Origin: an uncultured Gemmatimonadaceae bacterium
Lineage (GTDB): Bacteria; Gemmatimonadota; Gemmatimonadetes; Gemmatimonadales; Gemmatimonadaceae
Reading direction: 5' to 3'
Length of the DNA stretch: 64,000 bases
NCBI GenBank assembly: GCA_963822945.1
Contig: CAWGJO010000012.1
Location: forward strand, 72,518-136,517
The notes below the pieces were generated by a model. That model was given only the letters and a program-made list of their open reading frames with translations, was not told where the DNA came from and did not search any database. A program made the translations under genes and the position numbers. Positions 1-10,445 of this stretch are shown in pieces. The number at the start of each line of letters is the position of its first letter. The first letter of the stretch is position 1.

Positions 1-649
1 CCAGCGACAGGATGTCGATCTGGCGCGCCCACGCGACGAGCAACCCGCCGCCGACGAGCACGTATCCCGCCAACCACGCCGCCTGGGTCCACGTGGCGCC
101 GCCCACGGAACCCATCATCCACCACAGTGCTCCGCGCATGGTGCTGGGATCGCTGTTGGCGAGCAGCAGCATGATGGCGGCGTTGGCGAACGCCCCGACG
201 ATCACACCGGCCATGAGAAGGACCCGGGCATCGCCGCGGCCCGGCGACGCGTGGGCGACCAGGAACGCCACGGTCACCGCGAGGATGGCTCCGACGAATG
301 CCGCCACCGGGACGAGCCCGACGGCCGCGCCGAGCGACACCGCGATCACCGCACCCACCGCCGCCCCACCCGACACGCCCAGCAGGTACGGCTCGGCGAG
401 CGGATTGCGCATGACCCCTTGCAGCGAGGCTCCGCTCATCCCGAGGCCGGCTCCGAGCAGGATCGCGAGCACCACGCGCGGCAGCCGCAGCACTCGCACG
501 ATGGTCACCGCCGTCGCGTCGCCGCGACCGAACAGCGCATCGACCACCGCCCCCGGCGAGAGCCGGACGCTGCCCAATCCCACGGCGAGGAGCGACAGAC
601 CGAGCAGGACGATCGCCGCGACGAGCCAGCGCCCCGACCGGCGGCTCAC
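1..649 (-). CDS. btuC: FecCD/BtuC-family ABC transporter permease (runs off window start)
   Basis: Translated by hand from GTG at 649, which overlaps the btuF stop: MSRRSGRWLVAAIVLLGLSLLAVGLGS...RLPRVVLAILLGAGLGMSGASLQGVMRNPLAEPYLLGVSGGA, a classic FecCD motif. Confidence 0.88.
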   Translation of the reverse strand, partial: MSRRSGRWLVAAIVLLGLSLLAVGLGSVRLSPGAVVDALFGRGDATAVTIVRVLRLPRVVLAILLGAGLGMSGASLQGVMRNPLAEPYLLGVSGGAAVGAVIAVSLGAAVGLVPVAAFVGAILAVTVAFLVAHASPGRGDARVLLMAGVIVGAFANAAIMLLLANSDPSTMRGALWWMMGSVGGATWTQAAWLAGYVLVGGGLLVAWARQIDILSL

Positions 650-1548
650 GGCAGCACTCCGGGATGCAGCAGGCGGGCGAGGGATACCGCGGCCTGCCCC
701 AGCACCACCGACGGCCGGCCGACCACCGTGGTGTCGAACGCGAGCACGCGGCCCGTGCGAACGGCGCGCAGCGCCTGCCATCGGGGATCGGACAGCAATC
801 GGGCACGCGTTTCGGGACTCGCGAGGACGACGTCCGGATCCCGCTTCACGACGTCCTCGAGACTCACGGTGGGCGACGGCGCCGCGATGTCGGCATACAC
901 GTTGCGGCCACCGGCAATGTCGATGAGTTCGTTCATGAAGCTGCCGCCGCCGATCGCGATCACCGGGCTCTCCCAGGTGGGCATGAACACGGTGGGCCGC
1001 GGCAGACCCCGCGTGGCGGCACGCACGCGGGCGAGCGTGGCATCGACCGAGTCCACCACCGTCGCGGCACGGGCCGAATCGCCGAGCAGCGCTCCGATGT
1101 CGCGTGTGGCGCGGCGGAAGTCCTCGATGCGGTCGATGCGCAGCGCCGCCACCCGAATACCGGCGGCGCGCAGCCGCGCCGCCGCCGGCTGGTCGTCGGC
1201 GCTGGCGTAGAGCAGCACGAGATCGGGATGCGCGGCGAGCGTGGTCTCGACGTTGGGTCGCACGGCGGGCCCGAGGTCGGGCACGCGCCGCGCCGAATCG
1301 GGCCAGCTATCCCACTGCGAGCGCCCGACCAGCCGCGCGCCGGCGCCGACGGCGAAGACGATCTCGGTGGTCGTGGGGTTGAGCGAGACCACCCGCTGCG
1401 GGGGCCGCGCCGGCAAGCGCAGGGTGTCGCCGAAATCGTCCACGTCGATCACGCGTCCGGGCGGCGCGACCCGATCGCGCGCCGGCGGTGCGCAGGCAAC
1501 GAGCAGCAGGGCGAACGTGAACGATGGGGCGAAACGCAAAACGGACAT
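646..1548 (-). CDS. btuF: Helical-backbone (class III) substrate-binding lipoprotein, cobalamin-binding BtuF-like
   Basis: Lipobox LLVAC; DDFGDTLRL..PPQRVVSLNPTTTEIVFAVGAG; directly downstream of the B12 riboswitch. Confidence 0.88.
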   Translation of the reverse strand: MSVLRFAPSFTFALLLVACAPPARDRVAPPGRVIDVDDFGDTLRLPARPPQRVVSLNPTTTEIVFAVGAGARLVGRSQWDSWPDSARRVPDLGPAVRPNVETTLAAHPDLVLLYASADDQPAAARLRAAGIRVAALRIDRIEDFRRATRDIGALLGDSARAATVVDSVDATLARVRAATRGLPRPTVFMPTWESPVIAIGGGSFMNELIDIAGGRNVYADIAAPSPTVSLEDVVKRDPDVVLASPETRARLLSDPRWQALRAVRTGRVLAFDTTVVGRPSVVLGQAAVSLARLLHPGVLP

Positions 1549-1644
1549 CCCTGGTTCGAGGCAGGATGTCCGCAGAGCCGGTCAATCCGCGCAATGCGCG
1601 ACCGGAACCGCCACGAGTCCTCCCCCGAGAACCGTTGATCGTGG

Positions 1645-1787
1645 CGCGAATGCCGGTCGTCTCCTGGCTCCGGGCCGCCGCACCCGCCTTCCCGACTCGC
1701 GTCAGTGGCATACTGGGTGGACGTTTCGCCCGTTACAGTGGCGGGGCCGCACCGGCATTACACCGGTTTCCGTATCCCGCACTCGCG
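1645..1787 (-). ncRNA. Cobalamin riboswitch
   Basis: Minus strand reads CGCGAGTGC...GGAAACCGGTGTAATGCCGGTGCGGCCCCGCCACTGTAA...GCCACTGACGCGAGTCGGGAAGGC...GAGCCAGGAGAC...GCATTCGCG. The conserved B12-element motifs and the P1 pairing are present, upstream of btuF. Confidence 0.93.
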
Positions 1788-1809
1788 TGCTTCAATTGTC
1801 TCCGCGAAT

Positions 1810-3025
1810 CTACGGCGCCCGCTCCTCCTCGGCAAGCGCCCGCGCGATGCGCTCCTTGAGGGCGGCTCGTTCGGCCTCGTGTTGCGCCACCCGCTCCCCG
1901 ACCGGATCGGACTCCCGCGCAAATGCTGCGTCGAGCTGCGCCAGCTGGAAGAGCAGCGATTCGGACGGCTTCGCGTTGACGAGGACCGGAGGCAACCGCC
2001 GGCCGGGTGGGGTCGGCGGCCACCCGCGGCACGCGGCGCCGGATGGCGAACGTGAGCGCCACCGCCATCAGAATCGCCATCGCGAAGGCGATGCCGGCAA
2101 AGAGGCGGGTCCGCGATCCGCCGCCGGCGGTGCCGGCTTCGATGCGGAGCACCGTGCCGTCGGGCACGTCCTGCGCCAGGTACCGCTTGAACGTGCGTCC
2201 CTGCGTGGTGACCGACTGACGCTGGGCCAGGCCGGGCATGCTCGGCGTCGCCGACGATTCCTCGAGCATGACCTCGAGCACGCCCGCCCCACCCGTCATC
2301 GGCAGGGACAACGGGAACGCGGAGGCCGGCAGCGAGAATCCCACGGCGAGCTGCCGCATACCAGGGCTCACCGGCGCGAACAGCTGGACTTCGGTTCCCT
2401 TGAACGCGACGGCCCCGGGCGCGATGTCGCCGCCACTCACCGCCGGCGAGACGGCGGCGGCCGGCAGCTGCGTGGTCCAGAGCGGCGTGAGCGTGTCGCG
2501 GGCGGTGAGCGTCTTCGTGCCGTCATTGCCGAGGTCGAACACCTCGGCGACTTCGCGCATCCCCTTCGGGCTGGGGGCGCCGATCACGATGTGCCGCCCG
2601 AGCACCTTGAGCGTGATACCATGGCTCGTGGTATCGAACACCATGATGTCGGCGTCGGGGCTGGTGACGGTGACCGCCTGGAGCGGCCCGGTGAAATAGG
2701 CAATGCCATGGTAGATCGCCGACGCGACGTACACGGCGTCGGGCGAACCCGAGGTCTTGTAGTTGAACCGGTAGGCGCCCCTGGCGTCGGTGAAGGTGGA
2801 GTCGATCGGGCCGGCGGTGTCCTGCCCCACACGGTGCAGGACAACGAGCTGGTGCGCCACCGGAACCGGCACGCTGTCGGCGCCGGGATGCTGGACGAGG
2901 CCGCTCACCGACCGGGGCTGGCCCAGCGGAACGGCGCCCGGCGTCTGGGCGTGCAGCGAGCCGGCGAGCAAGAGCAGGCCGGCGGCGCGCGCCAGTGGGC
3001 GGCCGATCAACGATCGCAGTGGCAT
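1810..3025 (-). CDS. Secreted, membrane-anchored hypothetical protein (beta-sandwich N-terminus, TM helix, C-terminal helical tail); apparent frameshift near 2000
   Basis: Signal peptide MPLRSLIGRPLARAAGLLLLAGSLHAQ; TM LFAGIAFAMAILMAVALTFAI. The tail continues in ORF 1810-1995 (LLFQLAQLDAAF...AALKERIARAL). The unshifted frame would run into the riboswitch. Confidence 0.65.
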
Positions 3026-3041
3026 GGGTGGCGGATACCGC

Positions 3042-3548
3042 TCAGGGATTGAACTTGCCGAAGTCCTCGGGGCGCAGACGCTCGAGGTACGCCTTGAGCT
3101 TCTCGGCGGAGAGATCGGGCGACTCGGGGCCGGCGGTGGGGTCGCCGCCGTCCCATTCGTCGCCGCCCTCCGCGAGCAGGGATTCGGCGGCGAAGATGGG
3201 CGCGTCGAGACGGAGCGCGATGGCAATGCTGTCGGACGGACGCGCATCGACGGTCAGCCGCTCACCGGCGCGCACGAGCTGGATTTCGGCATAGAACGTA
3301 CGCTCCTCGATGCGGGTGATGTCGATGCGCTCGAGTTGGGCCCCGAGCGTCTGGATGAGACTGCGACAGAGATCGTGCGTGAGCGGGCGGGAGTGCGCGA
3401 TCTGGTGCATCTCCACGATGATCGACTCCGCCTCGGGCTGCCCGATCCAGATCGGCAGGACCCGCTCGCCGTCCTTCTCCTGCAGGATCACGACATAGTT
3501 CCGCGTCGACGCATCGACGGCGAGCTTGGCGACCACCATCTCGATCAT
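3042..3548 (-). CDS. Bifunctional nuclease family protein (DUF151)
   Basis: RVLPIWIGQPEAESI, RPLTHDL, TFYAEI and DARPSDSIAIAL motifs. Confidence 0.92.
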   Translation of the reverse strand: MIEMVVAKLAVDASTRNYVVILQEKDGERVLPIWIGQPEAESIIVEMHQIAHSRPLTHDLCRSLIQTLGAQLERIDITRIEERTFYAEIQLVRAGERLTVDARPSDSIAIALRLDAPIFAAESLLAEGGDEWDGGDPTAGPESPDLSAEKLKAYLERLRPEDFGKFNP

Positions 3549-3564
3549 GCGACCTCCCGCTACA

Positions 3565-4737
3565 TCACCGCACGGCGCGCTTGAGAGCCGACGCGCGATC
3601 GGTGCGTTCCCACGTGAACGTCGTGCTGGCGTGTTTGCCCCGCCCCACCCGCTCCGGTTCGCGCCCGAAGTGGCCGTAGGCCGACGTGGGCGAGAAGATG
3701 GGCTTGCGGAGGGACAGCGCCTGAATGATGGCCCGCGGCGTGAGGTCGAACACCTCGCGGACCGCCTGCCGAATGGCGTGATCCGGCACGGCGCCCGTCC
3801 CGAACGAATCGACCATCACCGAGACCGGCTCGGCCACGCCGATCGCGTAGGCCAGCTGCACCTCGCAGCGCGTGGCCAGTTTGGCGGCGACGATGTTCTT
3901 CGCCACCCAGCGCGCGGCATACGAACCCGAGCGGTCGACCTTGGACGGATCCTTGCCGCTGAACGCGCCGCCGCCGTGGCGCCCCATGCCCCCGTACGTA
4001 TCGACGATGATCTTGCGCCCGGTGAGCCCGGCGTCGCCCTGCGGACCGCCGACCACGAACCGGCCGGTGGGGTTGATGTGGTACTTGGGGCGTTTGGTCA
4101 CGAGTTCGGCGGGCAGCGCCGGCTCGATGATCCGCTCGATGACCTCGCTCCGAATCCGGCGGTTGGAGACGCCGGCGGCGTGCTGTGTCGAGATGACCAC
4201 GGTGTCGATGGCCACCGGACGGTGGTCCTCGTAGATGACCGTGACCTGCGACTTGCCGTCGGGCCGGAGCCACGGCATGGCGCCGCTCTTCCGCTGATCG
4301 GCGAGGGCCCGCGTCAGCTGGTGCGCGAGCATGATCGGCATCGGCATCAACGCGTCGGTCTCGTCCGACGCATATCCGAACATCATGCCCTGGTCGCCCG
4401 CGCCGCCGGTGTCGACGCCCATCGCGATGTCCGACGACTGGCGGTCGATGGTGCTGAGCACCGAGCAGGTGTGCGAGTCGAATCCGTATCCGGCGTCCGT
4501 GTACCCGATATCGCGGATGGTGTTGCGGACGATATCCGGGATGTGGACGTAGGTGTTGGTGGTGATCTCGCCGGCCACACACGCCATTCCGGTCGTCACG
4601 AGCGTCTCGCACGCCACGCGCGCGTTCGCGTCGTCGGCCAGAATGGCGTCGAGCACGGCATCGGAGATCGCGTCGGCGACCTTGTCGGGGTGGCCTTCGG
4701 TGACGGATTCGGATGTGAACGGATGACGGTCGCGCAC
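3565..4737 (-). CDS. metK: S-adenosylmethionine synthetase
   Basis: [35 protein letters not shown]; start placed at GTG 4737. Confidence 0.97.
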   Translation of the reverse strand: MRDRHPFTSESVTEGHPDKVADAISDAVLDAILADDANARVACETLVTTGMACVAGEITTNTYVHIPDIVRNTIRDIGYTDAGYGFDSHTCSVLSTIDRQSSDIAMGVDTGGAGDQGMMFGYASDETDALMPMPIMLAHQLTRALADQRKSGAMPWLRPDGKSQVTVIYEDHRPVAIDTVVISTQHAAGVSNRRIRSEVIERIIEPALPAELVTKRPKYHINPTGRFVVGGPQGDAGLTGRKIIVDTYGGMGRHGGGAFSGKDPSKVDRSGSYAARWVAKNIVAAKLATRCEVQLAYAIGVAEPVSVMVDSFGTGAVPDHAIRQAVREVFDLTPRAIIQALSLRKPIFSPTSAYGHFGREPERVGRGKHASTTFTWERTDRASALKRAVR

Positions 4738-4837
4738 AGGGGACTCGGTGAAAGGTGAGTGGAACGGCATCGGCGCGCCGAAGCGCGCCGCGTCTGAGGG
4801 AGAATAAGGGGGGCGAGGACGGTCGGGCAACCCGCCG

Positions 4838-6586
4838 TCAGCGCAGGGCGAGATCGCCGATCGCGTCGTGGAGGCGCCGGAGCAACTCGGCTTCGGCGTC
4901 GGCCGCCGTGGCCGCGTGCAGCGCGGCCGTGGCCGCCACTTCGGCGTCCCGCACGCTGACGCTGCGGACGATGCGCTTCACCACCGGCAGCGACCGCGGG
5001 GCCACACTGAGTTGACGCACGCCGAGCCCGAGGAGCGCGTACGCCATGAGCGGCTGTGAGGCCATCTCCCCACATACCCCGACTTCGAGCTTGGCCTGTT
5101 CCCCCACGTCCACGATTCGGCGGATGAGTCGAAGGACGGCAGGATGCAGCGGTGTGTACCGGTTGGCCAGGTTCGCATTGCCGCGATCGACGGCCAGCGT
5201 GTACTGCACCAGATCGTTGGTCCCGATGCTCAGGAAGGCGACCTCTCCCGTGAAGGTATCGGCGGCCACGGCGGCGGCCGGCGTCTCGACCATGATGCCG
5301 AGCGACAGGTCGCGCCGGAACTCCACGCCCCGCGCTTCCAATTCCCCGGCCGCCTCGGCCATCAGTTCCCGTGACTGACGCACTTCGGCCACCGACACGA
5401 CGAGCGGCAGCATGATGCGGAGATCCCCGTGCACGCCGGCACGCATGAGGGCGCGCAACTGCGTCCGGAAGATGGCCGGCTGGTCGAGGCACATGCGGAT
5501 GGCGCGCCAGCCGAGGAACGGATTCGGTTCGGTGGGGAATCCACCCACCGGCAGCTTGTCGCCGCCGATGTCGAAGGTGCGGATCACCACCGGCTTGCCG
5601 GCAAAGGCTTCGACCACCCGCCGGTAGCTCCGGTACTGTTCCTCCTCGTCGGGCATCGTCGCGCGACCGACGACGAGAAACTCCGTGCGCATGAGCCCCA
5701 CGCCGTCGGCTCCGCTCTCCCGAGCCGCCTCGGCCTCTTCGGGCAGGTCCACGTTGGCACGCAGCGTGACGTGGATGCCGTCGAGGCTCACGCTCTCCAG
5801 GTCGGAGAGCCGGCTCAGTTCGGCCTCGACCACCTCCTCCTGGCGCGCGCGCTCGCGGTACTCGTCGATCTCGGTGTCGGTGGGGTTGATCGTGAGGCTG
5901 CCGTTGGTGCCGTCCAGAATGGCGCGCTCCCCACCGGCCAACGAATGCGCGGCGTTGCGCAGCCCGACGACCGCCGGCAGGTGCAGCGACCGGGCGAGGA
6001 TGGCCACGTGCGACGTGCGGGTGCCGGCGTCGGTGGCGATCCCGACGATGGCCTCGCGGTCCAGTTGGACGGTGAGCCCGGGCGTCAGATCGTGCGTGAC
6101 CAGAATCGCCCGCTCGCCCCGGGCCAGGCCCACGGGATCGTGGTCCGGCAGATCGAGGAGCAGGGAGAGCACGCGGATGTGCACGTCGGTCAGGTCGCTC
6201 ACCCGCTCGCGGAGCATCGCCACGGAATGGCGGGCGAAGCGCTGGCGCCATTCGAGCATCACGAGGTCGAAGGCCTTCTCCGCGGCCAGTTTCTGGCGAA
6301 TGAACTCCTCGACGCCGGCCAGCAGGTCCGTGTCTTCGAGAATCGAATGCTGGACGTCGAAGATCGCGGCTTCCTCGCGTCCCGCAGCGGCCTCGACCCG
6401 CGCCCGTACCTGATTCAACCGATCCTTGGCCCGGTCCACGGCGGCGTGGAAGCGGCGCAGTTCGGCCGGCACCTGGTCTTCCGGGATCAGCCGGTGCGGA
6501 ACATCCGGCACCTCCCACCGCAGGAGGTGGATGTTCCCGACGGCGATGCCCGCCGACGCGGGAATTCCGGTGAGCACGCGATCCAT
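4838..6586 (-). CDS. ptsI: PTS enzyme I (PEP-protein phosphotransferase)
   Basis: [12 protein letters not shown] (phospho-His), [30 protein letters not shown]. Confidence 0.96.
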   Translation of the reverse strand: MDRVLTGIPASAGIAVGNIHLLRWEVPDVPHRLIPEDQVPAELRRFHAAVDRAKDRLNQVRARVEAAAGREEAAIFDVQHSILEDTDLLAGVEEFIRQKLAAEKAFDLVMLEWRQRFARHSVAMLRERVSDLTDVHIRVLSLLLDLPDHDPVGLARGERAILVTHDLTPGLTVQLDREAIVGIATDAGTRTSHVAILARSLHLPAVVGLRNAAHSLAGGERAILDGTNGSLTINPTDTEIDEYRERARQEEVVEAELSRLSDLESVSLDGIHVTLRANVDLPEEAEAARESGADGVGLMRTEFLVVGRATMPDEEEQYRSYRRVVEAFAGKPVVIRTFDIGGDKLPVGGFPTEPNPFLGWRAIRMCLDQPAIFRTQLRALMRAGVHGDLRIMLPLVVSVAEVRQSRELMAEAAGELEARGVEFRRDLSLGIMVETPAAAVAADTFTGEVAFLSIGTNDLVQYTLAVDRGNANLANRYTPLHPAVLRLIRRIVDVGEQAKLEVGVCGEMASQPLMAYALLGLGVRQLSVAPRSLPVVKRIVRSVSVRDAEVAATAALHAATAADAEAELLRRLHDAIGDLALR

Positions 6587-6852
6587 CAGGGTTCTCCGAA
6601 GCCGTCGGCGATGAGGTTGGCGAGCGCGTCGAGGGCCGCCTCGGCGTCCGGCCCATCGGCCCGCAGCAGGAGGTCCGTGCCGCGCTCGGCGGCGAGCATC
6701 ATGACCCCCATGATGCTCTTCCCGTTCACTTCGAGATCGTCACGGCTGATCGTGATGTCGCTCTTGAATCGCGACGCCAGCTTCACGATCTGGGCGGCTG
6801 GCCGGGCATGCAGCCCGACCTTGTTGACGATCGTCACCGTGCGTTCAGCCAT
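6586..6852 (-). CDS. ptsH: Phosphocarrier protein HPr
   Basis: MAERTVTIVNKVGLHARPAA (His15) and NGKSIMGVMML (Ser46). Confidence 0.96.
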   Translation of the reverse strand: MAERTVTIVNKVGLHARPAAQIVKLASRFKSDITISRDDLEVNGKSIMGVMMLAAERGTDLLLRADGPDAEAALDALANLIADGFGEP

Positions 6853-7625
6853 CAACGGATCACCGAGAAGAGGACGAAAGCCGAGACCATCAGCAGTGCG
6901 AACCGCCATCCTTCCAGTCGCGACTGCGCTTTGACGACGACGATGGCGCCGACGAGTGTGGCCAGCAGAATCTCTCCGAGCAGCGTGCGTCCCTCCCCCA
7001 CGACGCGGGTGAACGCGAGGGGAATGGCGACCCCCGCGGCCAACGCCGCGGTGCGGGCCATGAACGCCGGCCCGCGCCGCAGCACGGGGTGTCCGAGTCC
7101 GGCCGCCACGCGCAAGCCCTGGTTCCACCCGGTGCGCATGCCCCACAGCAGGAGCGCCACGTGGCCGGCATTGTAGACGGCGAGGAAGGCGATGACCACG
7201 ACCGCCGCCGAGCTGCCGAGCCCGAACAGCGCCAGGGCGAGAAACGAGGAAAGCGGCAGCCACCCCGCCCAGACCAGGCGGTCGCCGACGCTCCCCAACG
7301 GGCCGCACAACGCCGTGCGGAACCGCTCGATGCGCTCCGGCGGTTCCCCGTCCAGTTCGGCGCGGGCCAGCGCGCCGACGGCGAACGCCGCCAGGTAGGG
7401 GTGGGCGTTGAAGTATCGACTCTGACGCGCCATGGCCGCCTTGAACGCCGGCGTATGCACCCCGCCAGGTAGCCGGCGCAACGCCGGCTCGAGACAGAAG
7501 GCGATCCCATTCCCCATCAGCGTCTCGTAGTTCCACGAGCCCTGGATGGCGAGCAGGCGCAGGAGCACGGCGGCGCGCACCCGGAGCGCGGGCGGCGGCG
7601 GAGGGACGATCGATGCCTCTCTCAT
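6852..7625 (-). CDS. PTS mannose/fructose/sorbose family IID component
   Basis: QGSWNYETLMGNG, YFNAHPY, GPLGSVGDRLVW. Confidence 0.92.
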   Translation of the reverse strand: MREASIVPPPPPALRVRAAVLLRLLAIQGSWNYETLMGNGIAFCLEPALRRLPGGVHTPAFKAAMARQSRYFNAHPYLAAFAVGALARAELDGEPPERIERFRTALCGPLGSVGDRLVWAGWLPLSSFLALALFGLGSSAAVVVIAFLAVYNAGHVALLLWGMRTGWNQGLRVAAGLGHPVLRRGPAFMARTAALAAGVAIPLAFTRVVGEGRTLLGEILLATLVGAIVVVKAQSRLEGWRFALLMVSAFVLFSVIR

Positions 7626-8305
7626 CGCATCGCCAGCACGAGCAGGCCGATTCCGAGCCCGCCCAGAAAGAACCAGCGCGCGCCGCTCGTCGAATGAAAG
7701 AGCTTCCACGCGGAGCCCAGCGCCACGCTCGCGGCGGTCGCGACCAGGAGGGCGCGCGACCAGTGTTCGCCCAGCGTCCAACGTTGGAGCACGAAGTGCT
7801 CCGCGGGGACGAGCATGAGGTACGCCGCCGCGCTGACGAGCACCGCCCGGACGAAGTCCCCGGTGAGACCCGCCAACTGCACGTCGACCACGGCGCCGCG
7901 CGAGCCTGCTTCGAGGGCCACCCGGCGGCGGCGCGCGACGACGGCGTTGTGCTGGCGCAGCGTGACCATGGACCAGCCGCCCAGCCAGGCGAACAGCAGC
8001 GCGCCGAGCACGGCGACGATGAGCGCCCCCACGGTGCCGGGGCCGGCCTCACCGTAGATCGCCCCTGCCACGACCGACGCGGAGCCCCATTCCGGATACC
8101 GTGACGCGCCCACCGGCATCGTCTCCAGCGCGATCAGTTCGAGCACGACCCCGATGAGCAGGCCCGGCGCCGGCGCCCCCACGAGGGCGCCGCCCAGCGT
8201 CGCCGCCACGAGGGGCCGGGAGATCATCGCCTGCGGAAAGCTGACCGTATCCAGCCCGGCCACGCCTCCGAGGAGCGAGATCGGCACCACGTCCACGATG
8301 TTCAC
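7622..8305 (-). CDS. PTS mannose-family IIC component
   Basis: LDTVSFPQAMISRPLV, GVVLEL..L...PVGA; hydrophobic. Confidence 0.9.
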   Translation of the reverse strand: MNIVDVVPISLLGGVAGLDTVSFPQAMISRPLVAATLGGALVGAPAPGLLIGVVLELIALETMPVGASRYPEWGSASVVAGAIYGEAGPGTVGALIVAVLGALLFAWLGGWSMVTLRQHNAVVARRRRVALEAGSRGAVVDVQLAGLTGDFVRAVLVSAAAYLMLVPAEHFVLQRWTLGEHWSRALLVATAASVALGSAWKLFHSTSGARWFFLGGLGIGLLVLAMR

Positions 8306-8790
8306 GGGGCGTGGTGGGTCGCGAGCACTTCGTCCAGCGGCACGGGCCGCGCCGAGGGCACGTCCTGCGCCGTGACCGGAACGCCGCGCGCGACGATCGC
8401 GCGCAGCGCCTCCTCCTCTGCCGGCGACAGGAATACGTAGCGGAGCCGTTGCGTCCGATCGCCCCGATGATGGATGCCGCCCACGTTCACAGCGGGCACC
8501 ACGCCCATGTCGACGAGCGCCCGCATGGTCTCGACGTCGGCGGTGAGCAGAATGCCCGCGCGCGGATCGTCGCGATACCGTTGCAGCGCCGCCGGGCACT
8601 CGCCGGTGGTGTGGAAATACACCTCGGTGCCGGGCGGAACCGCCATCTGGTACAACTCACGCTCCCACTCGCTGAGCGCCACGGCGTCATCGACCAGCAC
8701 GATGAATCCGGCGTCGAGCGGCTGCCCCCACCCCAACACCACCTGGCCGTGGATCAGCCGGTCGTCGATGCGGTAGAGCGCGAGGGTCAC
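8302..8790 (-). CDS. PTS mannose-family IIB component
   Basis: RIDDRLIHGQV motif. Confidence 0.93.
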   Translation of the reverse strand: MTLALYRIDDRLIHGQVVLGWGQPLDAGFIVLVDDAVALSEWERELYQMAVPPGTEVYFHTTGECPAALQRYRDDPRAGILLTADVETMRALVDMGVVPAVNVGGIHHRGDRTQRLRYVFLSPAEEEALRAIVARGVPVTAQDVPSARPVPLDEVLATHHAP

Positions 8791-9179
8791 GGCGTGCCCT
8801 CCACCGCGTCGATCGCGGCCCGTCCGCGGTCGGCCGCGTGGCGCGCCGCCGTGACCGCGGGCTTCGATTCCGCGAACGCGAAGTCGAGCAGCGCCGGCAG
8901 ATTCGCGCCCGAGACGAGCACCGCGTCCGGCATGCCGCGCAGAATGCGCCGCGCCGCCATGGTACAGCTCCCGGCATGCAGGTCGGTGAACAGCACGCGC
9001 GCGCCGGTCTGTTCCATCGTCTCGCGCAGGAGCGTCTCGATGTCGGCCGCGCTCAACTCGGGCACCGCCACCGCGTGGAACAGGCCTCCCCGCCCGGTGA
9101 TCACCTCCACCGCCGAGACGAGCCCGGCCGCGAAGTCGCCGTGCCCGGCGACGATGGCGCGCGGCGCGCTATTCGTCAT
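8787..9179 (-). CDS. PTS mannose-family IIA component
   Basis: IVAGHGDFAAGL, FTDLHAGSC, SGANLPALL. Confidence 0.88.
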   Translation of the reverse strand: MTNSAPRAIVAGHGDFAAGLVSAVEVITGRGGLFHAVAVPELSAADIETLLRETMEQTGARVLFTDLHAGSCTMAARRILRGMPDAVLVSGANLPALLDFAFAESKPAVTAARHAADRGRAAIDAVEGTP

Positions 9180-10143
9180 CTTGCTGGAGATACCGTTTCA
9201 CGTCGGCAGCCTCGCGCATGCGGCCGATGAGCCGGGCGTTGAACCGCTCGGCCGGATCGAACCCGCTGTACTTGAGCAGATGGTTCATCGCGATCACCTC
9301 CGCCACGACCGTGATGTTCTTGCCCGGATTCAGGGGCACCGTGATCTTCGGCAGGTCCACGTCGAGGATCGTGGCCGTCTGTCCGTCGAGTCCGGTGCGC
9401 TCGATGTACGTATCCTGGTGCCACTCCTCCAGCTGCACCACCACCTCGATGCGCTTCTGCTGGCGAACCGCGCGCACCCCGAAGATGGCCGGGACGTCCA
9501 CGAGCCCGATCCCGCGGATCTCCATGCAGTGGCGCTGCATCTCATGCCCGGTGCCGATGAGCACGTCGGTCCCGCGGCGCTTGGCGAACACGAGGTCGTC
9601 GGCCACCAGCCGATGGCCGCGCTCCACGAGATCGAGCACGCACTCCGACTTGCCGATCCCGCTCCGGCCGACGAACAGCAGTCCGACCCCGAACACGTCG
9701 GCCAGCGAGCCGTGCAGACTCGTGGTCGGCGCGAACTCGTCCTCGAGCCACGGCTTGATCCGCGTGTAGAACTCGTTGGTCTTCAGCGTGGAGGTGAGAA
9801 TCGGGACCCGCGCTTCGGCCGCCGCCGTGACCATGTCCTCCGGCGGCTGGAGCCCCTTGGTCACGAAGACACAGGGAATCGCGTGCGAGAAGAAGAGCTG
9901 CAGCACGTGCGCCCGCTCCGCCGCCTCGCGCGTCGAGAGGTACGTGATCTCCGTCTCGCCGAACACCTGCAGCCGGTGCCCGGGGAACCGTTCGGTGTAG
10001 CCGGCGAGCACGAGTCCCGGACTGGAGATGTTCGGACTCGTGATCTCGCGCTCAAGAGTCCCGGTCCCGTCCACGTGCGCCAGCTGGAGCGTGTCGCGCA
10101 TGCGCTCCAGCAGGCTCCCGGCAGTGAGCAGTTGCTTCTTCAC
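9169..10143 (-). CDS. hprK: HPr kinase/phosphorylase
   Basis: GRSGIGKSECVLDL, GHRLVADD, MEIRGIG. Confidence 0.96.
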   Translation of the reverse strand: MKKQLLTAGSLLERMRDTLQLAHVDGTGTLEREITSPNISSPGLVLAGYTERFPGHRLQVFGETEITYLSTREAAERAHVLQLFFSHAIPCVFVTKGLQPPEDMVTAAAEARVPILTSTLKTNEFYTRIKPWLEDEFAPTTSLHGSLADVFGVGLLFVGRSGIGKSECVLDLVERGHRLVADDLVFAKRRGTDVLIGTGHEMQRHCMEIRGIGLVDVPAIFGVRAVRQQKRIEVVVQLEEWHQDTYIERTGLDGQTATILDVDLPKITVPLNPGKNITVVAEVIAMNHLLKYSGFDPAERFNARLIGRMREAADVKRYLQQDDE

Positions 10144-10445
10144 GCCTGTGCCTTGCGGCGGGCGAACCGCTTGCGCCGCTGCGTTTCCACCTGCGTTTCG
10201 AGCCGGCTGAGCGCCTCGCCAAGGGCCACGCCGGCGTAGCGTCCGCTGGCGGTGGCAACGAGCGGCTTCCGGCGCGGCGCGTGCAGCATGATCTCGACGC
10301 GCCGGGCCGGCCCGTCATCTTCGAACCGGATCACGGCGTCCACCGGGCGGCCGAGCCGCTCGGCGAGCTTGGAGACGCCGACCCGCGCGCGGCGACGCAT
10401 GCGGTCGGAAATTGGGGCGTGGTGGGCGTGAAAGATCACTTTCAT
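10140..10445 (-). CDS. Short HPF/RaiA-like ribosome-associated protein
   Basis: MKVIFHAHHAPISDRMRRRA...RRVEIMLHAP...LVATASG...ALSRLETQV; usual position upstream of hprK. Confidence 0.65.
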   Translation of the reverse strand: MKVIFHAHHAPISDRMRRRARVGVSKLAERLGRPVDAVIRFEDDGPARRVEIMLHAPRRKPLVATASGRYAGVALGEALSRLETQVETQRRKRFARRKAQA

